Positions 1 to 9,058 of a stretch of DNA of 41,996 bases are shown here, one piece after another; the stretch's first letter is position 1, and each line of letters begins with the position of its first letter. The position numbers and the translations under genes were made by a program. The notes beneath the pieces were generated by a model, which was not told where the DNA came from, ran no database searches, and saw only the letters and a program-made list of their open reading frames with translations. The stretch is from a virus (Duplodnaviria; Heunggongvirae; Uroviricota; Caudoviricetes): IMG/VR virus record IMGVR_UViG_2681813224_000020. One strand, given 5' to 3'.

Positions 1-267
1 ATGCGCAGAAAAGAGTCAAACGTTAGCAGTTTGCCGGAACTCACCAATTTTGAGGTAAGCTATTCTCTGGTTACCAATGAAGTTTACTTGTCTGCATCCT
101 TCACTGATAACATGGCCTGTATACCAAACTGGCCCTTACAAGAATTTCCGGATCAACTAATATGCATTTCTCGAGCAAAAGCTGTTGCCCTAATCGAAGA
201 GCTCCAGAAGACCATCAACTATATGGATGCAGGAATAGATCGAAGTTCAGGTAGCCTTCTCCAGTAG
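1..267 (+). CDS. 3' fragment of an unknown ORF (start may lie outside the window); hypothetical protein
   Basis: Open frame from base 1 to the stop at 265..267; AT-rich by eye; no recognisable motif. Confidence 0.3.
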   Translation: MRRKESNVSSLPELTNFEVSYSLVTNEVYLSASFTDNMACIPNWPLQEFPDQLICISRAKAVALIEELQKTINYMDAGIDRSSGSLLQ

Positions 268-327
268 CTGACGAGTTTTATAATAATTTGATATATATAT
301 ATCGTTCAATATTAGCGAGTACTTATA

Positions 328-975
328 ATGAGTGAATTTAGTAATCTTTTAAATAGCATACCTGGATGGTTATCCTCCTCCCTCACAGCTCTAGTTGGTA
401 CTCTTATTGGCGGATGGTTTACCCTAAAAGGAGTTACCCAACAAGCTAAGCTGTCTAAAGTAGAGACAGAAAGAGAATCCCTTGAATTACAACTTTCAGT
501 ATTAAAAGGAGTTAAGGGAGAAGTTTTCACCCTAATCAATTTATATAATAAAAGGATGAAAACACACATTGATAATATAAAACCGGGACAAATGTTGATT
601 CTCACATTCCCTGTAGGGGATGATAATTTCACATTCTATGAGCAAAATGCGAATGTCATTGCAAAACTAAATGATTCTGCTAGAGACTCAATAATTAACA
701 TATACACATATTCACGCTCATTAATACAATCATTTAAAGGAAACAACAAACTCATTGAGGATTATGAAAAAATCCTTATTGGCATGGCAGACAATAACAA
801 AGATAAAACCATGTATAAGAGATTACATGATGCAAAAATAAATATAATGGTAGATTATGCTCAAGGGATAAAAAATATTGATGCAGAGCTAAGAGATGCT
901 GTCAATAAGGGATTCGACATTATCGACCAAGAAGTAAAGTCACTACAAATGAAATTAAACAAATTAGCTTCATAG
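328..975 (+). CDS. Hypothetical membrane-anchored protein, AT-rich cargo gene next to the invertase
   Basis: 215-aa ORF; hydrophobic segment LTALVGTLIGGWFTL near the N-terminus, then a charged helical region; codon usage is visibly more AT-rich than the phage structural genes. Confidence 0.5.
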   Translation: MSEFSNLLNSIPGWLSSSLTALVGTLIGGWFTLKGVTQQAKLSKVETERESLELQLSVLKGVKGEVFTLINLYNKRMKTHIDNIKPGQMLILTFPVGDDNFTFYEQNANVIAKLNDSARDSIINIYTYSRSLIQSFKGNNKLIEDYEKILIGMADNNKDKTMYKRLHDAKINIMVDYAQGIKNIDAELRDAVNKGFDIIDQEVKSLQMKLNKLAS

Positions 976-1020
976 AATGCTCCACTCCCTGTTCAATATT
1001 TTTACAAGCTTATCAGCCAG

Positions 1021-1053
1021 CCGTGGCACGTTCTTGCATACGACGTGCTACGG
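1021..1053. terminator. Hairpin between convergent genes (possible bidirectional terminator)
   Basis: CCGTGGCACGT-N11-ACGTGCTACGG, an 11-bp inverted repeat with one mismatch, between the stop of 328..975 (+) and the stop of the invertase (-). No strong T-run. Confidence 0.3.
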
Positions 1054-1055
1054 TT

Positions 1056-1610
1056 TCATTTATCTCCGACCGGAAACTTCTTATACAAAGTCGATACGCC
1101 AACATCATAAATGATCGCCACCTTCTGGCGAGGAACTCCTGATGCAATTAGTCGCCCGGCCTGCGCCCATTGTTCTGGTGTAAGTTTGGGACGACGTCCA
1201 CCAATTCGTCCCTGTGCGCGAGCAGCTTCCAGTCCAGCTTTTGTTCGTTCAACAATCAGTTCTCGTTCCATTTCAGCCAGGGCCCCCATCACATGAAAGA
1301 AAAAACGCCCCATCGGTGTGCTGGTATCAATAGCATCCGTCAGGCTGCGAAAATTAACGCCACGTTCGCGCAACTCCTCAACCAGAATGACCAGATGCCG
1401 CATACTACGCCCCAGCCGATCCAGCTTCCAGACAACCAGAGTGTCACCTGCCGATAATGTCCTGAGCAGTTTTTTCAGTCCCGGCCTTTCGGACTTTGTA
1501 CCGCTTATCTTGTCTTCAAAAATCAGCTCGCATCCTGCACAGTTCAGCGCATTACGTTGTAGATCTGTGTTCTGGTCATTTGTTGACACACGTACATAGC
1601 CAATAAGCAT
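1056..1610 (-). CDS. pin: Site-specific DNA invertase, serine recombinase of the Hin/Gin/Cin/Pin family
   Basis: Translation MLIGYVRVSTNDQNTDLQRNAL... with the catalytic Ser motif YVRVSTNDQ and a C-terminal HTH. Start taken at the internal Met (ATG 1608..1610) preceded by GGGAGA; the ORF track extends to 1646. About 184 aa, the size of Pin. Adjacent to tail-fibre genes. Confidence 0.9.
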   Translation of the reverse strand: MLIGYVRVSTNDQNTDLQRNALNCAGCELIFEDKISGTKSERPGLKKLLRTLSAGDTLVVWKLDRLGRSMRHLVILVEELRERGVNFRSLTDAIDTSTPMGRFFFHVMGALAEMERELIVERTKAGLEAARAQGRIGGRRPKLTPEQWAQAGRLIASGVPRQKVAIIYDVGVSTLYKKFPVGDK

Positions 1611-1664
1611 GGTAGATCTCCCTGACAAAAGCAGGAATGATGCCATTTGCTCGTTATTTCTGCA

Positions 1665-1690
1665 TTTTCATAAACGTTGGTTTGGGAGAA
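1665..1690. repeat. Left recombination (crossover) site of the invertible segment, gix/hix-like
   Basis: TTTTCATAAACGTTGGTTTGGGAGAA; its reverse complement matches 3530..3555 at 20 of 26 positions, including a perfect 14-bp block TTGGTTTGGGAGAA. Internal dyad symmetry as expected for Din-family sites. Confidence 0.65.
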
Positions 1691-2038
1691 GCGGCGAAAA
1701 GGGATGTGGGCACAGGAGAAAATCAGATACCGGATATGTCAGCCTGGAAAAGAAATCCGAGTTCTAATCGCTGGAGAAAATTGCCTGATGGAACCATCAT
1801 TCAAATGGGAATATCAGCATCAGGGCCATTAGGCTCACCTGTAAATATCACCCTGCCGATATCTTTCAGCAATACCAATTATTGTGTTGTTGCATCGTAC
1901 GATAATGCACGGTCAGGTGTGTCAACAATGGTTAGTTTTGCAGCGTTACCTGTTTCACCATCGCAATTTTCCCTGATGTCATCTGTGACTGAGCAAGGAA
2001 TAAATCCTTTTGCTTACTGGATTGCTTTTGGAGATTAA
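1665..2038 (+). CDS. Alternative (currently silent) tail-fibre C-terminal variable exon; expressed only after inversion fuses it to the constant 5' part of the tail-fibre gene
   Basis: Same frame as ORF 1637..2038; NVGLGEA junction matches ENLGLGEG of the active gene; downstream sequence KLPDGTIIQMG... is typical of fibre tips. The ATG at 1637 is probably not a real start. Confidence 0.55.
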
Positions 2039-2041
2039 TAA

Positions 2042-2461
2042 ATGGATAGATACTTCTATTCACAAAAAGAAAATGGTTTTTTTACCGATTTAAATAAAGC
2101 ACCTTCAGATGCTGTTGAGATAACCACGGATGAATGGCTGTTACTACTGGATGGTCAGGATAATGGCATGAAAATAGTCAGCAATCAGGAGGGATATCCG
2201 GTTTTGACAGAGCAACCACCTTTATCAAAAGAAAACCTTATTGCATTGGCGGATTTGAAAAAAAGAAAACTTATTAATGAAGCCAACGAGCACATGAACA
2301 GCAGACAATGGCCAGGTAAAGCGGCTATTGGTCGTCTGAAAAGTGAGGAACTGGCGCAATATAATTTATGGCTGGATTATCTGGACGCACTGGAACTGGT
2401 TGATACCTCCAGTGCGCCAGATATTGAATGGCCTACGCCTCCGGCAGTTCAGGCCAGATGA
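2042..2461 (+). CDS. Tail-fibre assembly protein (alternative copy, Tfa')
   Basis: 139-aa ORF directly after the alternative fibre exon; C-terminal [26 protein letters not shown] parallels the C-terminus of the opposite-strand Tfa ([24 protein letters not shown]). Confidence 0.7.
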   Translation: MDRYFYSQKENGFFTDLNKAPSDAVEITTDEWLLLLDGQDNGMKIVSNQEGYPVLTEQPPLSKENLIALADLKKRKLINEANEHMNSRQWPGKAAIGRLKSEELAQYNLWLDYLDALELVDTSSAPDIEWPTPPAVQAR

Positions 2462-3038
2462 CATCCGGCGCGGTGCTGGTATCTGTTGCAGTCACCGCGT
2501 CAATGTAATCCAGCACGGCGTTAAGTCGGGTTGTTTCTGTCTGCGTCAGTTTACGTGCGGCCTGCAATTTCAGCTGAATCAGACTGATGGAAGCCATTGC
2601 AGCATCAATCAGTGACTGACGCTGTGCTTCTGCCGCGTCTACTGCGGCGCTATGCTGTGCCTCAGTATCGGTCACCCATTTCTCACCATCCCATTTATCG
2701 TATGGCGTTAATGGGGCGATAGTGGTTGTATTTTCAGGGTAATCACCCGGAACTGTGATTTCTTTGGTATCTCCCGTTTCGGTACTATAGACAACTTCAC
2801 CGCGATGGTCTGGCACATATTCCCATGAGTTTAAATCTGCCGAACGACAGATTGCATAACCAGCTTTATGTGTACCTGGTGCATCCAGACAGGAACATGC
2901 CGGGATACCGACGCCGACAGCGAGATATTCAGTTGATGTAGAAATATATTCCCGCGTTTCACCATCATAATTATAAACGGTAATATCTCCCGCTTTTATG
3001 GCAATGAGTTCGCTATTTAATACAGCTTTATTCATCAT
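2433..3038 (-). CDS. Tail-fibre assembly protein (Tfa) for the currently expressed fibre
   Basis: 201-aa ORF immediately downstream of the tail-fibre gene; conserved Tfa C-terminal motif. Confidence 0.75.
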   Translation of the reverse strand: MMNKAVLNSELIAIKAGDITVYNYDGETREYISTSTEYLAVGVGIPACSCLDAPGTHKAGYAICRSADLNSWEYVPDHRGEVVYSTETGDTKEITVPGDYPENTTTIAPLTPYDKWDGEKWVTDTEAQHSAAVDAAEAQRQSLIDAAMASISLIQLKLQAARKLTQTETTRLNAVLDYIDAVTATDTSTAPDVIWPELPEA

Positions 3039-3898
3039 GCGGCCCTCACAATATAATTAAAAGCGATGTTACGAGGACGAGTTTCTGTACCTACATTTTC
3101 ACTAATTTCACCATAACGTTTAACACTACGAGAGCTAAGAGCTCGTAGTGAGGAAGGCACCTTAAGACCGGGTTCGTCCGTTTTAACTATTCCCCCGTCA
3201 CCGTATGTAGCCAGTATTCCTGGGTTTACGCCTTCCCGTGCACTTCCTGCGGCGAGTCCGTCCCCTGTCCATAATTCCATATAGTGTGCATGGTCCAAAA
3301 TTGTGTGTGGCTGCCAATTAAGCAAAGCGCGACCAGTATCAATCCCGCGACCGTCATCCCAGCCACGAATAAATTCACCGCGTAAATCAGGCAATTTATT
3401 GGTCGGGTAAGCCTTTGCCAGTTCCGGGTATTCTTCAGCAGAAAAAGCCGCACCATTGCATTTCAGCCAGCCTGTCGGCGGAGTGGCTGAAGGCCACGGA
3501 ACAGGCACCCCAACCGGTAATGCAGAGCCTTCTCCCAAACCAAGGTTTTCGAGAGCCGTTTTCACCGTGCCATCCGATTTGATATCGCCAAACGGATTCT
3601 TGCGGCTCAGGTATTCAACAGCAAACCCCGATCCCAGCAATTCAACAAAACCGGGCAGATCACCATTATCAAGCACATCCCGTTGCGTTTTATCACTTAC
3701 AAACTGGGCCAGAGCTGCAGCAATAAAGCTGGCCTGCCGAATAACCTTATTGACTTGCGCACTGGAGGCTTTCCCTGCTGTAAATCCAGATAAAAGCGCG
3801 GGCAACGCTTCCCATTCCTCCTGCGATATAACATTGGCATTTCGATCCGTTGCAAACGCTTTAAAGTCATTTTTCGCCATCAGAGTAATACTCCCCAT
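3035..3898 (-). CDS. Tail-fibre protein: constant N-terminal part 3556..3898, variable C-terminal part inside the invertible segment
   Basis: 287 aa; C-terminal collar-like motif [27 protein letters not shown]...[10 protein letters not shown]; gix-like site embedded at 3530..3555. Confidence 0.8.
   Translation of the reverse strand: MGSITLMAKNDFKAFATDRNANVISQEEWEALPALLSGFTAGKASSAQVNKVIRQASFIAAALAQFVSDKTQRDVLDNGDLPGFVELLGSGFAVEYLSRKNPFGDIKSDGTVKTALENLGLGEGSALPVGVPVPWPSATPPTGWLKCNGAAFSAEEYPELAKAYPTNKLPDLRGEFIRGWDDGRGIDTGRALLNWQPHTILDHAHYMELWTGDGLAAGSAREGVNPGILATYGDGGIVKTDEPGLKVPSSLRALSSRSVKRYGEISENVGTETRPRNIAFNYIVRAA
3530..3555. repeat. Right recombination (crossover) site of the invertible segment, inverted relative to 1665..1690
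   Basis: TTCTCCCAAACCAAGGTTTTCGAGAG lies inside the tail-fibre gene and encodes ENLGLGEG; the partner site encodes NVGLGEA in the alternative exon. Confidence 0.65.
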
Positions 3899-4560
3899 GC
3901 TCCTACATCAAAACCACTGATGAATTCGTTATCCATATCAAAACCAAAAAATTTTGAGCCTTCCGATGGGGTTTCCACCGAAGGTGTTTCAATGCCACCC
4001 GCCCATACCCCGGCGGCTTTTACTGTGAGATACCCCTGTTTAATTGCCGCAATTAACTCACGCGATACATCTGAAATATCAGTATCAGGAAAGACCCAGA
4101 CCGATATCGTCATGTCCTGGTTATCGACTATCTGCATTCGCAGTCCGGATCCTGCTGTTGCCGCGTCAAGAATTGCCGGAAGCGAATCATTCCGTCCGTC
4201 CCAGTTATTAATCGCAATCTTCGCTTTAAGGATGACACGATAAGTTTCATCGCTGAGGTACATGTATCCGGAATCAGGATCGTATGGCCCCTGCCATACA
4301 CCCTGATCATATCCAAGCCCGTCGGTATCCCAGCTGAAATAGACACCTGAAATAGGCTGGCTGACAACACGGCTACGTCCGATCCACAATCCCAGAATGT
4401 CAAGTTGCACACCAACCGCAGAGTCAATATCAAATGCAGTAATCAGCCCTCTGGTGGCAGCCGCAACATCAATAAGCGGCCGGGTCATCAGATCAACATG
4501 TGCAAGAAATTTAGGTTTGGTGGCGTGGTAGTTCGTGATTAGTTCGGTGTATTTGCTCAT
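3880..4560 (-). CDS. Baseplate/tail protein (P2 gpI / Mu gp48-like)
   Basis: 226-aa ORF between the baseplate J-like gene and the tail fibre; the position is the main evidence. Confidence 0.55.
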   Translation of the reverse strand: MSKYTELITNYHATKPKFLAHVDLMTRPLIDVAAATRGLITAFDIDSAVGVQLDILGLWIGRSRVVSQPISGVYFSWDTDGLGYDQGVWQGPYDPDSGYMYLSDETYRVILKAKIAINNWDGRNDSLPAILDAATAGSGLRMQIVDNQDMTISVWVFPDTDISDVSRELIAAIKQGYLTVKAAGVWAGGIETPSVETPSEGSKFFGFDMDNEFISGFDVGAWGVLL

Positions 4561-5756
4561 GACTCCACCGTTATAACGATATTTTCCGGGGTACAGGACG
4601 CAGATTCGTTGTATCTGATATCAATGTTTGATGACGACAAAGCCCCCGGGGATTTCCCAATCGTCAGTTCCTGAATATCGTAATAGCGTGCATTCCCGCC
4701 ACTCACCACGCCAAGATTCGCCGGTGAGTAAATGCGACTTAAAAGGACCGAATCACCAATCATCAGACTATTGATATAGTCGGAAATAGCCTGCTGGATC
4801 TGCTGCCCTATCTGTGAGGTATAACCCGTAAAAACTTTTAATTTAATCCGGGCATAAACAGGCACATCACTGGAACGCGAAAATTTGATTACATGGGGAT
4901 TGCCGTATTTATCCGGAACCGTAACGGATGTTGTACCGTGAGTGGCTGTTCCCTGGCCTTTATTCCCTCTGATAGCCTGAGCAATATCCGTCACATCACC
5001 GCCATCCACAATTACAGCAACAGAGTGTGGCGGTAACCCGTTACCGTCCTCCGAACCATTATCGTTTTCATAGAGTTTGTGGCGGGTTACACCGGTAACA
5101 TTAGAAACAGCACCATCCAGTGCTTCAAATGGGGTTATTGATGGCAACGCAACACTTTGCGACTGGCGGATACGTAACTCAGCGTCAGTTTCTGCCGGAG
5201 TGCCTACAGTAGCCGCAGCAGGATTAGTTACCGAAACCCAGCCACGGGTTGGCGTATTAATTTCAGTGATAGTTCCAGCCAGCGCCGCCACTGCACCACT
5301 GACGGAACATGTTGCGGTCACCATCACTGTACCATCCACGCCGACCACCACTGAAGCAGGCAAACGCCATATCACATTATTACTGTCTTTCACGCTGCCA
5401 TTAATGATGGTTGTTCCGGCAGTTCCTGTAAGAAGCAAATCAACCGTAGAATTCGTCGCGCCTTTACGTGAAATACCATTTATTTTCACGTTACTGGTCA
5501 GTGCGGCCCCATAGCCGGTTGCCGGTGAAAAACAGTTGTAGACAGTTATCGCAGTATTATTGGCATCATGAATCGCCAGCGCCATCAGAGCCACCATCTG
5601 GCCGTCTTTACTATCCGGTTCGAGGTAGGCATCACTACCATAAATCTGCTGAAAATAGCTAATCAGGGTGCTGAGTATCGTCTGATAATCAGGCGCACTG
5701 ATCCCCTCCGCGGTTACCTTTGCAGATAAACCGAGAGAATCAAGGTTCAGAGCCAT
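4557..5756 (-). CDS. Baseplate J-like protein (baseplate wedge)
   Basis: 399-aa ORF in conserved V-W-J order; Gly/Thr/Val-rich beta-type sequence; overlapping stop/start with neighbours. Confidence 0.7.
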   Translation of the reverse strand: MALNLDSLGLSAKVTAEGISAPDYQTILSTLISYFQQIYGSDAYLEPDSKDGQMVALMALAIHDANNTAITVYNCFSPATGYGAALTSNVKINGISRKGATNSTVDLLLTGTAGTTIINGSVKDSNNVIWRLPASVVVGVDGTVMVTATCSVSGAVAALAGTITEINTPTRGWVSVTNPAAATVGTPAETDAELRIRQSQSVALPSITPFEALDGAVSNVTGVTRHKLYENDNGSEDGNGLPPHSVAVIVDGGDVTDIAQAIRGNKGQGTATHGTTSVTVPDKYGNPHVIKFSRSSDVPVYARIKLKVFTGYTSQIGQQIQQAISDYINSLMIGDSVLLSRIYSPANLGVVSGGNARYYDIQELTIGKSPGALSSSNIDIRYNESASCTPENIVITVES

Positions 5757-6109
5757 TACGCCTCCGATGTAACAGTCGTTATTCCATAAAGAGTGTCGAT
5801 TTCAGCGGAAAACATGACACGTCGGGTCGTGGTATCCACTGTCGTATTGAAAGAGAGGATTGATTTAACGCCCCGCGTTTCGAGGATGCGCTTACGGATC
5901 GCCAGGTTGTAGGTTTCCGGCTTCTGCTTACCGAGCACAGACTGGATCCACGGAGTCCCTTCGGTGGTGTCGAGAAACCATTGCCCATACCACAATTCGA
6001 ATCGCGTTTTCACAGCCTGTGCTACGGCCTCAGGCGAGTTAATCAGCCAGGTGTCATCACCGCTGCCAAAGGTGTAATCGCCATCGGCGTCTTCACGTCT
6101 GTATCGCAT
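5756..6109 (-). CDS. Baseplate protein (P2 gpW / T4 gp25-like)
   Basis: 117-aa ORF between the V-like and J-like genes; size and position typical. Confidence 0.6.
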   Translation of the reverse strand: MRYRREDADGDYTFGSGDDTWLINSPEAVAQAVKTRFELWYGQWFLDTTEGTPWIQSVLGKQKPETYNLAIRKRILETRGVKSILSFNTTVDTTTRRVMFSAEIDTLYGITTVTSEA

Positions 6110-6861
6110 CAGTTTACCCCATCAGTATTGCTTCCGCCGCGCTGAACACCACCATGAGTGTGCGTATCATCGATTGGCTTGCCGTTAGCCTTCACGCTCC
6201 CCAAAAACTCAACAGCACCAGTGATTTTTGAAGCCACACCAGAAACCACAGACCCCACCATGCCCCCCAACCAGGTTAACAGGCCATGAATGGTTACTTT
6301 CTCAGAAAAATCAGCCAGAGGGGTAACCACATCAAGACCACCCGGAGCGACAATTTTAATTTTCCCGGTATCAGGATTAAGCTCAAAATAGGTGCTGCCA
6401 TCGTCACTACGCAACTGTGTGGCACTGGTATTAATACCGCTAATCTTCCTTGCCTGCGACTGGGGACCGACAATACAAAACGCATCCGATAAATCATGCA
6501 TTCTGTCATCAACCGGCTCCTGTATCCCGCCGTTCTGCCACCAGAAATCGATGCAGCGATCGGCAAAAATCACCAGGCATTCATCGCCGGCTTCCACCGG
6601 GAAAGTTAACGTGCAGCCGCCGCCGCGCGGAAATATCACCGGCACATCCACCAACAGCGGGTAATTTTGGGTAATGCGGTTGCCGTCATTATCCTTTTCA
6701 ACCGAACGGATAGCAGGCTGCACAACTGCCGTCACCGCATCAGGATCGAATGACTGAATAATGCCAGGCAAGGCGACACGGATCTGGTTCTTTGTTGTTT
6801 CCCGTTCAGATTTGAATGTTTCGGCAAGGTCGCCGCTGCGGGTCTGGTCAGATACGGCCAT
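6109..6861 (-). CDS. Baseplate assembly protein V-like (central spike/hub)
   Basis: 250-aa ORF upstream of the W-like and J-like genes; Gly-rich C-terminus. Confidence 0.55.
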   Translation of the reverse strand: MAVSDQTRSGDLAETFKSERETTKNQIRVALPGIIQSFDPDAVTAVVQPAIRSVEKDNDGNRITQNYPLLVDVPVIFPRGGGCTLTFPVEAGDECLVIFADRCIDFWWQNGGIQEPVDDRMHDLSDAFCIVGPQSQARKISGINTSATQLRSDDGSTYFELNPDTGKIKIVAPGGLDVVTPLADFSEKVTIHGLLTWLGGMVGSVVSGVASKITGAVEFLGSVKANGKPIDDTHTHGGVQRGGSNTDGVN

Positions 6862-6880
6862 TTAGTAGGCTCCAGAAAGC

Positions 6881-6910
6881 AAAAAACCCGCCTGGTGGCG
6901 GGTTTGATTT
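6881..6910 (-). terminator. Rho-independent terminator closing the moron operon (minus strand)
   Basis: Stem CCCGCC / GGCGGG with loop TGGT; on the minus strand it is followed by TTTTTT. Lies between the small ORF (6923..7096) and the V-like gene. Confidence 0.6.
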
Positions 6911-6922
6911 ATAAGAACTTCA

Positions 6923-7096
6923 CTAACTATCTTTCTTGGGAAAAGTTGAAGGCTTGTCGTGATAGCTTTCCGTCATAATTTCGATATCCCCGAAAGGTAC
7001 TCTAGCCATAATCTCTTGCTCATAGTTATCTAGGAAAGAGACCTCAGGCTCACTTGGTTTAGGTTGTGGTTCATTTTGGTCTTCTGGACAGGACAT
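6923..7096 (-). CDS. Small acidic hypothetical protein (57 aa), second gene of the moron; absent from the ORF track (under 60 aa)
   Basis: Hand translation MSCPEDQNEPQPKPSEPEVSFLDNYEQEIMARVPFGDIEIMTESYHDKPSTFPKKDS; ATG at 7094..7096 lies 2 nt after the stop of the upstream membrane-protein gene; followed by the terminator. Confidence 0.35.
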   Translation of the reverse strand: MSCPEDQNEPQPKPSEPEVSFLDNYEQEIMARVPFGDIEIMTESYHDKPSTFPKKDS

Positions 7097-7098
7097 AT

Positions 7099-7629
7099 TC
7101 AAACCTTACTTATTAACATGCACGTTACAGAAATAATAAAAAATACAAATGACATAACCATCCATCGAAACAACTCATTTACAAACGCTGATTTTTCTTT
7201 ATGGATTTTCTCGATTCTATCAATAGCCCTACCATACATTATCAAATGAAATCTGACTGTGTCATCTCTACTACCCCTCAGAAGAAATTCATGTTGTTCA
7301 GGTGTTCGATGCACAGGCATTTTGGGAATATTTCTAAGTTCCCAACATTTCCATAAATAATAAAAACAAAAAACCAAACATACAAAACATGAACATAGAC
7401 ACAATAGAGACAATCTTGCGGATAGACTAGTCTTTAACTGTTGTCCCAGCTCAAAGGACCCAAAAACGGCTAATAATGCAGAAATCTCAACACCAAGCAC
7501 AGCAAGAAGAAAATTAGCTTTGTCCTCTAACCGCCTGTATGTTGTCTTAACTTCTTCATACCTGTCTCTCGAGTACGACAAAATCGTATCTACTTCAAGG
7601 CCAACAGCCTCATTCCTTTGATTGCACAT
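7099..7629 (-). CDS. Hypothetical integral membrane protein (AT-rich moron inside the baseplate gene cluster)
   Basis: 176 aa; N-terminal charged helix, then hydrophobic stretches FLLAVLGVEISALLAVFGSF, LSLLCLCSCFVCLVFCFYYLW and FRWMVMSFVFFIISVTCMLI; clearly AT-rich against flanking tail genes. Confidence 0.6.
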   Translation of the reverse strand: MCNQRNEAVGLEVDTILSYSRDRYEEVKTTYRRLEDKANFLLAVLGVEISALLAVFGSFELGQQLKTSLSARLSLLCLCSCFVCLVFCFYYLWKCWELRNIPKMPVHRTPEQHEFLLRGSRDDTVRFHLIMYGRAIDRIEKIHKEKSAFVNELFRWMVMSFVFFIISVTCMLISKV

Positions 7630-7635
7630 ATTGTA

Positions 7636-7989
7636 TTAATCGTCAACCTTCTTACAAGGAAACGAACCTATGATTCTCGGCGCATCCATGCTGTTCTGCA
7701 GTAGTTGGACATTCAAGAAACGCGTTTCGGTACCCGGACGGCGAATGAACTCGAAACCGTAATTGTTACCGTCTTTGGCTGGCATAAGCCCCATATCCGC
7801 CTTCATTCCATTACCGTTGCCGAGCGTTTTGATTTTCTGGGAGGTAACTGTCTCACCATTAATCCTGAACAATGAATCAGGAATCAACTCTAATTTGTAG
7901 CCACCACACTGAAGCGTGACACCGCCAGGATTCGCAGCAAATGCGAACCCCGGAAGGAAACAGAGTCCAATAACAATCCACTTTTTCAC
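7636..7989 (-). CDS. Small secreted/periplasmic hypothetical protein
   Basis: 117 aa; signal peptide MKKWIVIGLCFLPGFAFA/ANPGG; start overlaps the stop of the hub-like gene at 7989. Confidence 0.55.
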   Translation of the reverse strand: MKKWIVIGLCFLPGFAFAANPGGVTLQCGGYKLELIPDSLFRINGETVTSQKIKTLGNGNGMKADMGLMPAKDGNNYGFEFIRRPGTETRFLNVQLLQNSMDAPRIIGSFPCKKVDD

Positions 7990-9056
7990 TATCCTACCTC
8001 ACGCTGTAAAGACGACGCCGAACGAAGATCCGCCGCACCGCGCGCTTCGCACATCATATCCATGTACCACGCCTGGCCCCTTGTGTCGCCAGTGTACATA
8101 ATCCCGCGCACAATATAAACGCCATCCGTTGCGATGCTGGCAGGCTGCGATATGGTGCCGCTTAGCGTAATATTTCCGTCCGTGTTCTGGTCGGTGATCT
8201 GCCCACCAGCCATAGCGATATCGTTGTTCGACAACGCGGTGCGATATACGGAAGCCTGATCCAGTTGAATGAGCCCATTAACCCGGATGTTCGGATTAAT
8301 AAGCGCGCGGACGTTTACGCCGTTGCCGATGGTCTGCTGCGGCATGCCAATAAGCCCGGTAGCGCTGTTGAGCACAATCGCTTCGTGAACATATTCATTA
8401 TTCACCACCATCTGGCGCTGACCATCCACGAATTGCCATGTTGCGCCACATTGCCCGGCTACGTTATCCATTAGATGCCGCGTCATGCCAAAGAGCACCC
8501 GCCCCCGGGGGAATACAGTAGCAGGCATTTCAGGCGTCAGGCCTTCGGTCGCACCTTTGGCTTCGAAGTCTTTCATCAGCGCACGGTTCACATCAGCGAC
8601 CGTGTAACCGGCAGCCAGCGTCTGTGAGGTTATACTGGTGGCAAAAGCCAGATCAGTATCTGCTGCCTGAATCAGGACGTAGGAATCAACCGGACTGTCT
8701 TTTCCTGTGACCGAGTAGCGAATTTCACCGCTGAAAATCAGTCCGTAGTTGCGGCCATCTCTCTGGCCCACGTCCGCCGCGTCAACTTCCCGCACGGTCC
8801 CTACGTCGCTTGCTGACACCTCCGGCGCGATACCGTCGTAACCGGCAATCAGACGCACTTTCGAAAATTCCTGCCCGGTGATTCGGTTCACAGTATCTGC
8901 CGAGAGGTTATAAATTTTGATAGTCCCTACCCGGGACGCGCTGCTGATGTTGAACCAGTCGATCGTAAAGGTGACTTTGAAATCACTTAGCTCAATTCCC
9001 TGACCGTTCCCGTCCACAAGCTGCAGCTCGAAATGTCTCATCCAGTTCTGTGACAT
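7989..9056 (-). CDS. Tail/baseplate hub protein (P2 gpD / Mu gp44-like)
   Basis: 355-aa ORF downstream of the tape-measure gene and two small tail genes; the position is the main evidence. Confidence 0.5.
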   Translation of the reverse strand: MSQNWMRHFELQLVDGNGQGIELSDFKVTFTIDWFNISSASRVGTIKIYNLSADTVNRITGQEFSKVRLIAGYDGIAPEVSASDVGTVREVDAADVGQRDGRNYGLIFSGEIRYSVTGKDSPVDSYVLIQAADTDLAFATSITSQTLAAGYTVADVNRALMKDFEAKGATEGLTPEMPATVFPRGRVLFGMTRHLMDNVAGQCGATWQFVDGQRQMVVNNEYVHEAIVLNSATGLIGMPQQTIGNGVNVRALINPNIRVNGLIQLDQASVYRTALSNNDIAMAGGQITDQNTDGNITLSGTISQPASIATDGVYIVRGIMYTGDTRGQAWYMDMMCEARGAADLRSASSLQREVG

Positions 9057-9058
9057 GC

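Larger units (their letters stand above)
1665..3555. other. Invertible DNA segment (tail-fibre host-range switch) of about 1.9 kb, analogous to Mu G / P1 C / e14 P segments
   Basis: Bounded by inverted 26-bp sites; contains two alternative tail-fibre C-terminal exons in opposite orientation, each followed by its own tail-fibre assembly gene; invertase gene immediately outside. Confidence 0.65.

Noticed and set aside
1637-1690. The ATG at 1637 as a start for an independent gene
   Set aside because: The first 18 codons overlap the invertase start and the crossover site; the downstream sequence is better explained as a promoterless alternative tail-fibre exon expressed only after inversion.
3456-3920. 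Long antisense or overlapping ORFs from the six-frame track inside structural genes (for example 3456..3920, 5077..5514, 10987..11490, 11226..11735, 17864..18538, 27484..28131, 34530..35039)
   Set aside because: They lie wholly inside better-supported genes on the opposite strand or in another frame, lack RBS-like sequences, and are the usual shadow ORFs of GC-rich coding DNA.
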